DNA of 64,000 bases from Phycisphaeraceae bacterium (GTDB taxonomy: Bacteria > Planctomycetota > Phycisphaerae > Phycisphaerales > Phycisphaeraceae): the NCBI GenBank assembly GCA_963674705.1, contig OY771506.1, positions 2,080,001 through 2,144,000 of the forward strand. The letters run 5' to 3'. The notes under the pieces were generated by a model. The model was not told the origin of the DNA and made no database searches. It was given only the letters and a program-made list of their open reading frames with translations. Positions within the stretch are counted from its first letter, which is position 1, and each line of letters opens with the position of its first letter. Position numbers and translations under genes: made by a program. Below are positions 48,124-59,338 of the stretch, piece by piece.

Positions 48124-48396
48124 GTCTAAAACGGCAAAAACCCAGACGCTTGTCTTTGAGGCATTTACAGCAATCGCAACGGTTTACGTCCGTTGCGCTG
48201 GGTGCCCATCATAGCCATTTTTGCCATGTTTTCCAGCTCATTTGGCGCAGATTCTGGCGCAATAAAACGGACTCGAGTCAGCGTTTCTCCGGGTGTTCAC
48301 ACCGACGATGAGTTGTATGGCAAAAGAACTGGTATTGTATTTGAGATGTGAGAGAGCTATTCAGCACTCGATATTACTGCGTTCTGCGGGAAACGG

Positions 48397-49248
48397 ATGG
48401 AGGTAACAGTGAAATATATCGTCATTATTACTGTGACTGTTATGTCGTCGGTCCTAACAGCGAGAGCTGAAAATACCGAAAAACCAGACTTTGAGTCAAT
48501 GGATAGGCAGACAATGATTGCTCTATTGGAAGAGCAATACGAAGAAATAAAACAATTAAAGAATATGGTTGAAAAACTAGTAGAGGCTAATTTAGATGAA
48601 AAGGAAACAATTGATCAATCATTTTTAATCGGAAGTGTAAAAATTGTTATACCTGCACCGTTAGATGGTTTTGTCGAAATTGGAGAAATAAATCGCGACA
48701 TTATGGAAGTATTTGTTCCTGATACTAATAAGTTAGTATGTGGATTTGTAATGCCGGATGACCTGGCGCGTATGAATGAAATGGACGAAGACCTAGTCTT
48801 GGATAGATATGGATTAGTGCAAATATATCGTGAAACTGCAGATCAAGAGATGAGTGAGCAAGATTTTGAGAAGATAGCACTAATGTTCGACGAACTAATG
48901 AAGGGTGAATTTGGGTCTATTCTAGATAAAGCCAGTAATGATCTGAATCAAAGACTTGAAGATGCGGGTATTGATGCTCAGGCAAGTATTAAAAAGCCTG
49001 TCAACCTAGGGAAGTTATTTACAATCAAAGATGCTTCTGGTTATGGTTTTATTATGCCGTATGACTTAAAAATGGATGGTGACGATGAGAGTTTAACTAT
49101 GGCTGCTGGTATATCTATCCTCCGGGTGAAGAATCGATTCATGTTCTTATACTTATTTGATACATATGAGAATGCGGAAAGTATCAAATGGATTGATAGC
49201 ACCAGTGAAAGTTGGTGTAAAGCGATATTAAAGGCTAATAATCAATAG
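48397..49248 (+). CDS. Secreted hypothetical protein, AT-rich
   Basis: Signal peptide ending 'ARA'; short coiled coil. Confidence 0.75.
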   Translation: MEVTVKYIVIITVTVMSSVLTARAENTEKPDFESMDRQTMIALLEEQYEEIKQLKNMVEKLVEANLDEKETIDQSFLIGSVKIVIPAPLDGFVEIGEINRDIMEVFVPDTNKLVCGFVMPDDLARMNEMDEDLVLDRYGLVQIYRETADQEMSEQDFEKIALMFDELMKGEFGSILDKASNDLNQRLEDAGIDAQASIKKPVNLGKLFTIKDASGYGFIMPYDLKMDGDDESLTMAAGISILRVKNRFMFLYLFDTYENAESIKWIDSTSESWCKAILKANNQ

Positions 49249-49422
49249 AGTTGTTGTTAAGATGGTGCTAGGTATGGAAGAAAATTGATTATTAGTATTG
49301 AAAAGTTAATGCCTTTATGTGACAAAGTTTCTACTTCCGGGGGTAGCCCGGGGTACAGGGGGCGGCAATGAGCACACCTGTACGTATGATGCGGTACGAC
49401 CAGTTGTTCTGGGGATCATCTC

Positions 49423-50391
49423 ATGAGCGATAAGAAAGCGCGTTTGAGGAATTGGGCAGCATCCGTCCCACCTTTGCTCGCATATAGTGCAATCAATATT
49501 GCTTCGTCGGCAGTAGATGAATACTACATCCTCGAAGAACTACGACAACGAATTGATTCACCATTACTGATGCCGCTTCCGCCAGTAAAGGTATGGATGG
49601 GTTACTACCGTAAACACAGATTCCTGAGTCCCGTTATCGATATGCACCTCGGCCTAGATGGCGAAGAATGGCTAACTGCTCTTAATTTCGCTGGTGCTTT
49701 AAGAGAGCATGACAAACTCAGTCGCGAGGAACTATTGAGCTGGTGGAATGGAATGACTCAAGAGGATAGACGGAAGTTTGTACTAGCTACGGCTGAATTA
49801 CATGAATGTATAAGAAAAATTGTTGAAGCTCAGATAACGGCTCTTGCTGTTGGTGAGGTTGGAGAGCCGAACGAAGTAAAAAGCTTAGTATCTACGCCAG
49901 AGATACAATTTATTATTCGAGTCCTTGTTCCGTGCTGGGCGAAGTGCCAAATGTATCCGGGTGAGTTGTTGAGGGCAGCTAGATCGGGTGAATTGCTGGC
50001 TCTAGAGCAACTGCTTGCAATCGACAAATCCATAGTAGCAGATCCAAAGATACACGAACAAATACACCAGACTGCTAGCGGTTCGAACAAAGCAAGGTTT
50101 GAAAGAATCGCTAATGCTTTTAGAGCCCCCACGATTGGCCGTATCAGCCTGAAAAGCGTTAAGCTGTTATCAGCTGCATTAGTAGGACAGTCTGCACATG
50201 AATTGGGACACCCTCTTACTGAGCCGCAAATACGAGAGTTGTTTGATTCGATAGCTGCAATTGAGGGGAAACTTCGCGATACTGACCTACCGAAGAGCTC
50301 AGAAGCGTTATCAAAGGCCCTGCAACGTAAGAAGCCAGAATGGGCTCCGATGATCAGGCGGACAAAAGTTGTTGCCGAAATGTCCGGGTAA
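49423..50391 (+). CDS. Hypothetical protein
   Basis: 322-aa ORF upstream of rep. Confidence 0.65.
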   Translation: MSDKKARLRNWAASVPPLLAYSAINIASSAVDEYYILEELRQRIDSPLLMPLPPVKVWMGYYRKHRFLSPVIDMHLGLDGEEWLTALNFAGALREHDKLSREELLSWWNGMTQEDRRKFVLATAELHECIRKIVEAQITALAVGEVGEPNEVKSLVSTPEIQFIIRVLVPCWAKCQMYPGELLRAARSGELLALEQLLAIDKSIVADPKIHEQIHQTASGSNKARFERIANAFRAPTIGRISLKSVKLLSAALVGQSAHELGHPLTEPQIRELFDSIAAIEGKLRDTDLPKSSEALSKALQRKKPEWAPMIRRTKVVAEMSG

Positions 50392-50420
50392 TCTGAAAAC
50401 TGCCTCCTAGTCTGGGGGGC

Positions 50421-51638
50421 ATGAAAAACAACACACTAAATCGAGATGTAACGGAAAAGACCGAGCGGGGGGCGGAGCAGGGGCCGCCCCCGCCGGCCTG
50501 TGGTTCAAACATGGGGGACTCTGTAACACCCCATGTTCTAATGCCAATACCTGGAGACTGGCGTTATTTGATATCTGGGATTGATACCCTAGACCTCGGT
50601 ATCTATGTCGACTGGGGGATTCACTTTCAGGCTATTCAGCTGCAGCTAGAGCATAACCGGGATAAGTCTATTGTCGGCGAGACTGCGATCTGGCGCCATC
50701 CTGTGATCGGTGAGGCTCTTGTCCGATCAAGTGGGAAGCGCAATTACAGATTCATGGTAGAGCTTCCTGGCGTTGTTCTGTGGATCGCCAATGTAGACAA
50801 GCCGAATGGCTTCCCGAATGTCTATGTCAGTCCTAGAGCCCGGTCCCTCTGGATCAATGGTGTTAATAACACGCTCGAATATATCACCAGCGTGATAGAA
50901 GAGCTTGGTGGGGTCGTTCAGCAGGTGCAGGTAAGTCGATGTGACCTGGCAGCCGACTTTTACCTGGAAGAGCCTTTGTCGACCGAGTTCGTTAAATCGG
51001 GCTTAGTCAGCAAGTGTAGGACATCAAGCCAGTATGAGACTGCGGGGCAGCTTGAGACTTTCTATGTCGGGCGTGGCAAGGCTCCTATTCAGGCACGTAT
51101 CTATAACAAGCTTCTGCAGGTCATGTCCAAGCCAGAATCTTTGTTCTTCCTGCCGCTTTGGGGTGGTCCGGTTAAGGCCTGGCGTGTGGAGTTTCAACTT
51201 CGACGTACCGCCTTAAGACAATTCCAGATTGATACAGTTGATGACCTGCAGGCCATGTCTGGGGCGTTGTGGAAGTATCTCACAGAAGATTGGCTGTCCC
51301 TGCGTCTGGATGATTCAAACAAAACAAACCGTCGTACAGTCCATCCCTGGTGGCAGGCGGTCGCGGATTGTGCGGAGACATTCGGGCCGGTGTTCGACCT
51401 GGATCGGCGGGAGAACAAGATACCCGTGGCCGATGTGGATTGGTATGTCTCGCATGTCTCGGGGTGTCTGGTTTCCTTTGCTGCTCGTTTAGGTCTACCG
51501 ACTGTCAATAAAGCTTTGGCAGAGCTGGATGAGCGTGTAGCCAATCACTGGGGTGCTAACAAGTGGGATGATGAGTATCGCAAGCGTCGTATCCAGCAGG
51601 GCGAAGCTGACGAGGGGGAATGTGATGTCCCGTTCTGA
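50421..51638 (+). CDS. Rep_trans-like rolling-circle replication initiator/relaxase
   Basis: 'SRCDLAAD', 'ETFYVG', 'RIYNK', 'WRVEFQLRR'. Confidence 0.8.
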   Translation: MKNNTLNRDVTEKTERGAEQGPPPPACGSNMGDSVTPHVLMPIPGDWRYLISGIDTLDLGIYVDWGIHFQAIQLQLEHNRDKSIVGETAIWRHPVIGEALVRSSGKRNYRFMVELPGVVLWIANVDKPNGFPNVYVSPRARSLWINGVNNTLEYITSVIEELGGVVQQVQVSRCDLAADFYLEEPLSTEFVKSGLVSKCRTSSQYETAGQLETFYVGRGKAPIQARIYNKLLQVMSKPESLFFLPLWGGPVKAWRVEFQLRRTALRQFQIDTVDDLQAMSGALWKYLTEDWLSLRLDDSNKTNRRTVHPWWQAVADCAETFGPVFDLDRRENKIPVADVDWYVSHVSGCLVSFAARLGLPTVNKALAELDERVANHWGANKWDDEYRKRRIQQGEADEGECDVPF

Positions 51639-51831
51639 ATCTATTGAAGTGGAATCGCCTTACCTGTCGCCTAAGGAGCTGGCCCAGCGCTGGCGGTGTT
51701 CAAGGTCGAGTGTGGATCGTATCGCCAGGCGAGCGGGGTTGTCTCGTCTGTGCCTTGGCGAAGGTGCTAACGGGATTGTTCGTTTCGACAGGAAGGAGGT
51801 TGAGGCCTATGAAGCAACCCGGCGGGTATGA
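51625..51831 (+). CDS. Excisionase-like HTH protein
   Basis: 'YLSPKELAQRWRCSRSSV...VRFDRKEVEAY'; overlaps the rep stop. Confidence 0.8.
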   Translation: MSRSESIEVESPYLSPKELAQRWRCSRSSVDRIARRAGLSRLCLGEGANGIVRFDRKEVEAYEATRRV

Positions 51832-51899
51832 GTGATCCGCCGATCAATTGATTCTGCTCTACCAATGGCTGCCCCGGAGATGCAAGTCCGCCGGGGTGG

Positions 51900-54164
51900 T
51901 TATTTTTGACGTTCAAAGAGGTCCTTAATTGCTGAAAGGGTGCTATCTTGAGCAGGTGAAGTGTGGAACTCTTCTCGTTGCGGAATTGCATCTGGAGTAA
52001 AATCGTCTGAGTGTCGATCGAATACTATGTCATAATCGTACGCGTCTAATATGGAATCTATTTGCTCCTGACTTAGCTCAAATTCCATGTCATCGAGTAT
52101 AGACATTAGGTAGTCTTGGACAGCCTCTGATGCATCGTCAGGTTTGTCTAAGTAGTCGTAAATAATGTCATTAAAGTAGACATCTTGATTAATGTCTTCC
52201 TCAAAATTCGTAGCTACAAATTCACATAATTCATCAGTTAAATCAGCTCTGGCTTCAGCATCATGTATTGAGCCAATGATGCGATAAAGCGTGTTTGTAT
52301 GCTCTACTTCTTTCGCTGATGGCATTGCTGATTTGAGGTGTTGCATGATGATAGCATCTTCGATCTGTTCCCCCAATTCCAATGCCCATAGTATCAAAGA
52401 TGACGCATACTCATCATATTTGTATGTAACTTGGTTGTATGCAATTGAGTTACATTTACTGCGAACAATCGCCAAATGATCCGCACCCGATAGTTTTGCT
52501 CGCGCCAAGCTGCCAAGTGCAACGAAGTAGTCGGCAGACTCGGGACGGTTATCATTGGTCATCTTCATATCTACTAGTTTTTTAATTACCAATATAAGAT
52601 CTGTTGCCTTTGAGTCTTGGACATTGAACAGATCTCCCAATGTATTGATAGATTCCGGCGTGTCTAGAGCAAGGTAATACTGGGAAAGGGCGTCTGGGTC
52701 ATTGATTGTACGTTTAAGGATGAAATCGCCTACTGCCGGATTGAATAAGTCGAAGGACACGGAATCTGACTTGGATTTACGGTTAAGCATGGCACCCGTA
52801 ACTAGTCTTGTGGCTTGGTTGTATTTGTAACGAATATCTGTATCTCTTGCCAAATCCAATGATAGTGCGAGATGGCGAAAGGCACTGAACAGTCGATCAT
52901 CATGAATCGTGCCACCGTTTAGGACGGTGAGACAGACCAATAATTGTGCTTCAGTGGATATCTGGTCGTCATACACCTTTGACCAGATCTCACTAGGATT
53001 ATCAAGGTTTGTTGTTATGTAATTCCAATAAGCAGGGGGGGCAATGTCGCGAATCTTGTAGGCATCAGTTATAAACGCGATAAGCCGTGGAATATAGTTT
53101 CTATGTTTGATGATTTCGAGATACTTATCGTCTTTGTAAAGCTCATCAATATATTCAGTTTCCAAATCACTGAACCAGATATGGTTGTAAAGTATCTTAG
53201 CCTTTTCAATGTCTGACAGGCTGGCGACTTGAATTTCATACTCGTTGCGTTCGACATTCTCGTTTCGGTAGGATTCGCTTAGTTGTTTCTCTCGATTGAG
53301 AATATGCGTTCGCGATGTCAGTAGGAATCGAGTATTTGGGCTTCGTGAGACGGTTTTGATGAAAGCCATTGTGGCGGAATCTTCAAATGACCGCAGCGCT
53401 TCTAGGTAGTTGGTGCCAAGAAAATCGTCAAAATAGAATACTTGCTTCTTCTTAGGGGTAAACACCTCCTCGGCTTCATCTATAGATTTGTGGATGACAT
53501 AAGCATTGAAACCCTTACCGGAGTAGTAGAAAAATAATTGATTTGCAAGTGTAGTTTTGCCAATTCCAGGATCACCGGAAATGATAAGAGTGTGAAGTGA
53601 TTCTATTTGCTTCAAGGCGGCTTCATGATGTCTGGTTTGTACGTACTTAGCTGCTGCGTCGGATATCTCCCGAATTGTGTACTCTGAACGTGCGATTATT
53701 CCAGCATTGAGTATTGTTTGAAGGACTGTAGTGCTGGCAAACCACAGTTTGTAGTGACGTTGTTCGATATCGGGTGAATTGGCGATGAGAGTATTAAGGT
53801 CTTCATTACCAAGTATGTCGGATTCGGATTTTATATAGGGGTCGAATATTTTCTTTATTCGTTTTTTGTTAGAACGACTTAGCGGAAGACAGGTGCAAAA
53901 TATATAGCGAGGGCAGTTGAGTTTCTTTGCCTTTTTGGCCTCTTCGGGAAGGCTGCGAATTAACGCCGCCAGTCCAGCATTCGGCCAGTGTTTACATTGG
54001 ATTATTACTTCGGAGTTGTCTGTAGAAAAAAAACGGCCGTCAACGCCAGAGTCTTTACCCGGTTTGAACCGTTCGACCGTTGCGCCTTCACGAATTGAGA
54101 GAAGATCAGCAACAAGGTGTTCAAATTCTTTATCATTGAGGGTATGGAAGTCGTAATCAGTCAT
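51900..54164 (-). CDS. Mrr-like nuclease fused to STAND-type NTPase (putative defence protein)
   Basis: 'EFEHLVADLL...D.GVD...IIQCKH'; Walker A 'GDPGIGKT'; Walker B 'FYFDDFLG'; 'LLTSR'. Confidence 0.8.
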   Translation of the reverse strand: MTDYDFHTLNDKEFEHLVADLLSIREGATVERFKPGKDSGVDGRFFSTDNSEVIIQCKHWPNAGLAALIRSLPEEAKKAKKLNCPRYIFCTCLPLSRSNKKRIKKIFDPYIKSESDILGNEDLNTLIANSPDIEQRHYKLWFASTTVLQTILNAGIIARSEYTIREISDAAAKYVQTRHHEAALKQIESLHTLIISGDPGIGKTTLANQLFFYYSGKGFNAYVIHKSIDEAEEVFTPKKKQVFYFDDFLGTNYLEALRSFEDSATMAFIKTVSRSPNTRFLLTSRTHILNREKQLSESYRNENVERNEYEIQVASLSDIEKAKILYNHIWFSDLETEYIDELYKDDKYLEIIKHRNYIPRLIAFITDAYKIRDIAPPAYWNYITTNLDNPSEIWSKVYDDQISTEAQLLVCLTVLNGGTIHDDRLFSAFRHLALSLDLARDTDIRYKYNQATRLVTGAMLNRKSKSDSVSFDLFNPAVGDFILKRTINDPDALSQYYLALDTPESINTLGDLFNVQDSKATDLILVIKKLVDMKMTNDNRPESADYFVALGSLARAKLSGADHLAIVRSKCNSIAYNQVTYKYDEYASSLILWALELGEQIEDAIIMQHLKSAMPSAKEVEHTNTLYRIIGSIHDAEARADLTDELCEFVATNFEEDINQDVYFNDIIYDYLDKPDDASEAVQDYLMSILDDMEFELSQEQIDSILDAYDYDIVFDRHSDDFTPDAIPQREEFHTSPAQDSTLSAIKDLFERQK

Positions 54165-54860
54165 TATTGCCTCGCACAAATATTGGCGACGATTGCACTT
54201 TTATGGAAGTCGATGTCAATATGCATTTGCTCAGAAATCAAACTTGTATAATGGCGGCGGCAAATCTCGGGTGAATTTCCCATCAATGCAGCAGTTTTTT
54301 GAAGACTCAAGCCAGATTGTCCAAGGTGGCTTCCAAATGTATGTCGATAATCAAGGCACGACCAAATCAAATCATGTTCGCAATTCGCACTGCGAAGACC
54401 TTGTGAAAACCCGTCCGGGTCCCACCACTTCCCCATCGGGCTGGGGGAAGAACCAACCAAAGTCAGAAGCCGGTGGGATGTACTTATCCAGGTATCCCCG
54501 TAGTGCCTGGCTGATCGGCACCGCACGATTGCGTTTAGTCTTGGGCTGCCAGAAGCGGCCATTGATGGTCTTTGCCCGGACTCGTATCAAACCGTTACCC
54601 CCATTGCGTCGACTGAGGTCGATGTCGTTGTGTGTGAGCCAGAAAAGTTCTTCCCGCCGCAACCCGGCGTAAATATGTGTCGCGACCATTGTCTGCAATT
54701 GGGGCTTGAATCGCAAGGCAAAAAGCTACCCGTCCGTCTGCAAGTGTCAGAAAGCGGATTTCGGGCGCCCGCTCGGCGTAAGGCTTAACCTTGGTGTTGT
54801 TGGGAAGCCTGACGTTCTGCGTCTGAACGGCCCATTTGTAGATCCGCTGGAAGATCGGCG
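54164..54860 (-). pseudogene. Tyrosine integrase, frameshifted and truncated
   Basis: 'YAGLRREEL...PKTKRNRAVPI' and 'YRHTFGS...LMGNS...RRHY' lie in different frames; N-terminus decayed; 5' limit approximate. Confidence 0.8.
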
Positions 54861-55238
54861 ATAGTGATTGGCGATCTAGGACTGACCAACCTCACAAAGA
54901 GACCTGTCTATGCAAACCATCGCGCCGGGATCCCGTTTGCCATAACCGGAGGGTGATGATTCCGTACTCAACTTCTTCCACTTCGAGCGCAACCTCCCCA
55001 TAACCCGAGCCTCTGTCTCTGCCCGTCGAAGAGAGACTTTTGGCCGAGACGGTACGATTTGGTGGTCGGAACGGCCGATTCGGTTATGGCGTTGGGCGGA
55101 CGAGAGATACGGATCGAATTGGCGGCCAGCCGTAAATTGTGGCCAGAACTGGCGTAAAAAGCGAAAACGCCGCTGAGGTTTCTCAGCGGCGTTCGCCGTT
55201 AACGGGTGGGTCGGTCAGTTGTGTAACCGAACCATAAG

Positions 55239-55312
<74 letters not shown>

Positions 55313-55585
55313 TTCGTTAGCACATTATTATCAGGGATCGATGCCAGGGTCAAGGTGTGCGGACTTGTCCACGGCCTTTGGGGGTACATAGACACCGATT
55401 GAAAAACGATTTACAGTGACCGGTCTGTATTTGGATACCACTTGTGATGGTCAGGCAATACAAGACGGGATCGAGCGTTTATCCTTGTGCTACGCGGTGC
55501 ACCGTGGGTATCAGTGCGTCTATATTAATAGGTGCTAAGAAGACAATAGCCCGGCTGCGATCGGGGTCTGGGCCGGGGATGGTTT

Positions 55586-57508
55586 GTGTATCTCATGATT
55601 AAATCAAGCACTTACCGCAATGTGGCCGGAATGGTGGCCGGCGTCGGACTTGTAGTGGCGGCGATCGTCACCCTGCCTGGCTGTACGCCGGGGGATTACC
55701 GGGTTGAAGCCGATGAGGTTGCCACGGACATCATCCAGCAGAAGCAGATGGAAGCGTTGGGGCGCAACGAGCCTTTCACGATCGAGAAGCCGGAGTTGAC
55801 GCTTCGGCGCAGACTGATGGAAGCACAGGAGTTAGCCAGATCACACGCGGCTTCATTGGGGGTGACAAATCTCGAGCCGATCCCGAATTGGCCTGACGAT
55901 GACTATTTAAAGCAAGGCGTTGGCGAATCCGACGGATTGATGGAAGTCACGCCCGATCAGCCTGTCAAACTCAGCTTGCAGGATGCTTTACGCGTCGCAG
56001 CGGGCAACAGCAGGGAATACCAAGCCCAAAAAGAAACGGTCTACCGAACGGCGCTGGCGCTGGACTTGGAGCGTGATGCATTTCGAACAACGTTCACCGG
56101 CGTGACCAGCGGTGATGTCAGCTACGACTCCGGCGCCAACCCGCAGGTGGCGGGGATCGACAGCAGCACGGAGTTCGGGCTGACGCAACGTTTCCAGAAC
56201 GGGCTGACACTCAGCGGGGCGATCGCGCTGGATGTCGCCAAGCTGCTGACGCAGGATCGGTCTTCGAGCAATGCGTTGTCAGCCGACTTCTCGGTGGAGC
56301 TGCCTCTGCTTCGTGGTTCGGGCAAGCACATCGTCGCGGAGCCTTTGATTCAGTCTGAACGGGATGCGCTGTATGCGATCTATCGGTTTGAACGATACAA
56401 GCGCGAGTTCGCGGTGAGTATCGCCAGCGATTACCTCTCGGTCTTGCAGCAGTTGGACCGCATCCAGAATGAAGAAGACAACTACCGGGGTCTGATTATT
56501 ACCGTCCGCCAGGTTCGGCGAGAGGCGGAGGCAGGCCGGCAATCGCAGATCGAGGTGGACCGTGCGTTGCAGGACGAGCTGGCGGCACGTCAGCGTTGGA
56601 TCTCGGCACAGCAGTCATATCAAAGGCAACTGGACAGTTTCAAGCTGACGCTCGGTTTACCGGTCGATGCGAGTATCGAGCTGGATCGCGAAGAGTTGCA
56701 ACGGCTTGCACAGGAAGTGCGTGCAAAGATCCCGGACACGGAAGACCCATTAGCGACGTCGGATGAGGTGTTGCCTGCCGATGCACCGGTGACGCTGGTC
56801 GTACCAAGCCGGGAGGGCGCCGGGCCGATGGAACTGGAAGAGGACATCGCGATTGATCTGGCGTTGAATAACCGTCTCGATCTACGGATCGCCCAAGGCG
56901 AGGTTTACGACGCCCAGCGTCAGGTGGTGGTGGCGGCAGATGCGTTGGGTGCGGAGTTGACGCTGCTTGGCCGAGCGTCTGCCGGGCAAGGGCGGTCGCT
57001 ATCGTCGGCCGATCAACCTGATGCGTTCGATCCGCGGTTTGATGAGGGATATTACGACACATTATTGACACTGGACCTGCCTTTTGAGCGGACGCGAGAG
57101 CGCAATACGTACCGCAGCAGCCTGATCACGATGAAACGGGTAGTACGTGACTTCCAGGAAACGGAAGACCGCGTGAAGCTGGACGTGCGTAATATCCTGC
57201 GGGACCTGCTGGAAGCCCGTGAATCGTTGCGTATTCAGCGGGGCGCGGTTGACCTGGCGAAAGAGCGTGTCAAGAGTACGGATATGCTGCTTCAGGCCGG
57301 CCGGGGCAGTATCCGCAACGCGCTGGACGCCAAGGACGACCTGGTCCAGTCGCAGAACAACCTGACACAGGCGTTAGTGTCCTATTTGATCGCGGAACTA
57401 GAGATTCAGCGTGACATGGGGGTATTGGAAGTCAACGAGCAGGGGCTGTGGCGTACCATTGACCCAGAGGAGTTAATCCATGACGGCAACGATCACAACG
57501 GCGGGTAA
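55586..57508 (+). CDS. TolC-family outer membrane lipoprotein
   Basis: Lipobox 'LPGC'; 'LSLQDAL', 'PLLRG', two OEP-like halves; adjacent MFP and ABC genes. Confidence 0.85.
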   Translation: MYLMIKSSTYRNVAGMVAGVGLVVAAIVTLPGCTPGDYRVEADEVATDIIQQKQMEALGRNEPFTIEKPELTLRRRLMEAQELARSHAASLGVTNLEPIPNWPDDDYLKQGVGESDGLMEVTPDQPVKLSLQDALRVAAGNSREYQAQKETVYRTALALDLERDAFRTTFTGVTSGDVSYDSGANPQVAGIDSSTEFGLTQRFQNGLTLSGAIALDVAKLLTQDRSSSNALSADFSVELPLLRGSGKHIVAEPLIQSERDALYAIYRFERYKREFAVSIASDYLSVLQQLDRIQNEEDNYRGLIITVRQVRREAEAGRQSQIEVDRALQDELAARQRWISAQQSYQRQLDSFKLTLGLPVDASIELDREELQRLAQEVRAKIPDTEDPLATSDEVLPADAPVTLVVPSREGAGPMELEEDIAIDLALNNRLDLRIAQGEVYDAQRQVVVAADALGAELTLLGRASAGQGRSLSSADQPDAFDPRFDEGYYDTLLTLDLPFERTRERNTYRSSLITMKRVVRDFQETEDRVKLDVRNILRDLLEARESLRIQRGAVDLAKERVKSTDMLLQAGRGSIRNALDAKDDLVQSQNNLTQALVSYLIAELEIQRDMGVLEVNEQGLWRTIDPEELIHDGNDHNGG

Positions 57509-59336
57509 TGCAACAGCTCAGTCGCGAAACACGCCCTGGTGGCGTTCCTGGCCGGTGCTGACCGGTGCGGTGATCGTGATCCTGGTGCTGGGGATCTTCG
57601 GCTTTGTCGACTTCTCCGGGCCGGAGAGCATCAGCAATAACAGCCCGATCTACATCGCAGAGCGTGGACACTTGACGATCAACGTGACCGAGTCGGGCAC
57701 GATCCAGGCACGTGAACAGGTTGTACTCAAGAGCGAGGTTGAAGGGCAGACCACGATCATCTGGATTGTCGAGGAAGGCAAACACGTCGAGAAGGGCGAC
57801 CTGCTGGTTGAACTGGATGCGAGCCAGCGGCAGGACGAGTTGCTGGATCAGCAGATCCGGGTGCAGAACGCCGAGGCGGATTACGTCCGCGCCCGTGAGG
57901 CGCTTGAGATCACGCGCAGCCAGGGTGAGAGCAATGTCGCCAAGGCCCAGCTTGATTACGACTTCGCCCAGCAGGACCTGAAGAAGTACGTCGAGGGTGA
58001 ACACCCGAAAGAGCTGGAGGAACTCGAGGCAAAGATCAAGCTCGCCGAGGCGGACCTCGAAGATTCACAGAAGACGGTGGAATGGTCCAAGAAGCTGTTT
58101 GAAGAGAAGTACATCGCCGAGGCGGACCTGACCCGAGATGAATTGAGCTATGAACGAGCCAAGCTGGACCTGAGCACGGCCAAGGCGAACCTGGACCTTT
58201 TAAAGAACTACACCTACGGCCGAACCGTGCGCCAGTTGGAGAGCGATGTTGATCAGACGAAGATGGCGCTGGACCGTGTCAAGCGTCAGGCGAACGCGAA
58301 CCTGGTGCAGGATCAGGCGGACCTTCAGGCGCGTGAGTTGGAGCTTCAGCGCCAGAAGGAACGGCTTGCCAAGGACGAGGACCAGCTCGAGAAGACCAAG
58401 ATCTATGCCCCGACCGCGGGGATGGTTGTCTACGCGACGACGGGCCGTGATGACCGCCGGGGCAACGATGAGCCGTTGGAAGCCGGTCGTTCCGTGCGGG
58501 AACGTGAGGAGCTGATCAATCTGCCTACCGCGAACTCGATGCTTGTGAATGTCAAGGTTCATGAGTCGAGTCTGAAGAAGGTGAGGGTCGGTCAGCGTGT
58601 GCGTATCACGATCAATGCGTTGCCCGGGCGTCAGTTCTGGGGCAGGGTGGCGCGTATTGCGCCGCTGCCGGATGCTCAGAGTTTCTGGCGTGGCAACCCC
58701 GACCTGAAGGTTTACAACACCGAGATCCATCTTGATGGTCAGTTGGAAGGTGTCCGTACAGGCATGACGTGTAAGGCCGAGATCATCGTTGAGTCGCTTG
58801 AGGATGTGATATCGATCCCGGTGCAATGCGTCGTGCGTATCGGTAATCAGCCGACGGTTTACGTGAAGCACGGCGGTCGGATCGAGCCGGTGCAGGTTGA
58901 ACTGGGTTTGGACAACAAGGACCGTGTGCACATCAAGTCCGGCATCTCCGAGGGCGATCACGTGCTGACGAATCCGCCGTTGCAGGACGCCGGCGTGAAA
59001 CCGAATGGCGGTGATGCGGCAAGTAATGGGCCACCACCTGAGGATAAGTCCCAGCAAGGCGCGTCGGGTGAAAGTGAACGTGCTGGTGGCCCAAAGACCG
59101 AGGCAGGTGGGCCCCAAGCCGGTGGGCAAGGCCCGCAGGCAGGCGGCGAACCCGGTAGTGGCTGGAATGGTCAACAACCGCAGGGCCAACCCACCGCTGA
59201 GCAGCGCGAAGAAATGCGTAAGCGTTTTGAGAACATGACACCCGAGCAGCGCGAGGAGTTGCGCAAGCGTATGGAACAGAGACAAGGCGGACCGCGCCCC
59301 CAAGGTAACGGCGCCCCCCAGGATCAGCAGAAGTAA
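57480..59336 (+). CDS. Efflux periplasmic adaptor (MFP)
   Basis: 'EGKHVEKGDLLVELD', long coiled coil, 'IYAPTAGMV', 'GMT'. Confidence 0.9.
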   Translation: MTATITTAGNATAQSRNTPWWRSWPVLTGAVIVILVLGIFGFVDFSGPESISNNSPIYIAERGHLTINVTESGTIQAREQVVLKSEVEGQTTIIWIVEEGKHVEKGDLLVELDASQRQDELLDQQIRVQNAEADYVRAREALEITRSQGESNVAKAQLDYDFAQQDLKKYVEGEHPKELEELEAKIKLAEADLEDSQKTVEWSKKLFEEKYIAEADLTRDELSYERAKLDLSTAKANLDLLKNYTYGRTVRQLESDVDQTKMALDRVKRQANANLVQDQADLQARELELQRQKERLAKDEDQLEKTKIYAPTAGMVVYATTGRDDRRGNDEPLEAGRSVREREELINLPTANSMLVNVKVHESSLKKVRVGQRVRITINALPGRQFWGRVARIAPLPDAQSFWRGNPDLKVYNTEIHLDGQLEGVRTGMTCKAEIIVESLEDVISIPVQCVVRIGNQPTVYVKHGGRIEPVQVELGLDNKDRVHIKSGISEGDHVLTNPPLQDAGVKPNGGDAASNGPPPEDKSQQGASGESERAGGPKTEAGGPQAGGQGPQAGGEPGSGWNGQQPQGQPTAEQREEMRKRFENMTPEQREELRKRMEQRQGGPRPQGNGAPQDQQK

Positions 59337-59338
59337 AC

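Noticed and set aside
49337..49362. GGGGTA repeat as an internal element boundary
   Set aside because: Too short, and no partner site found
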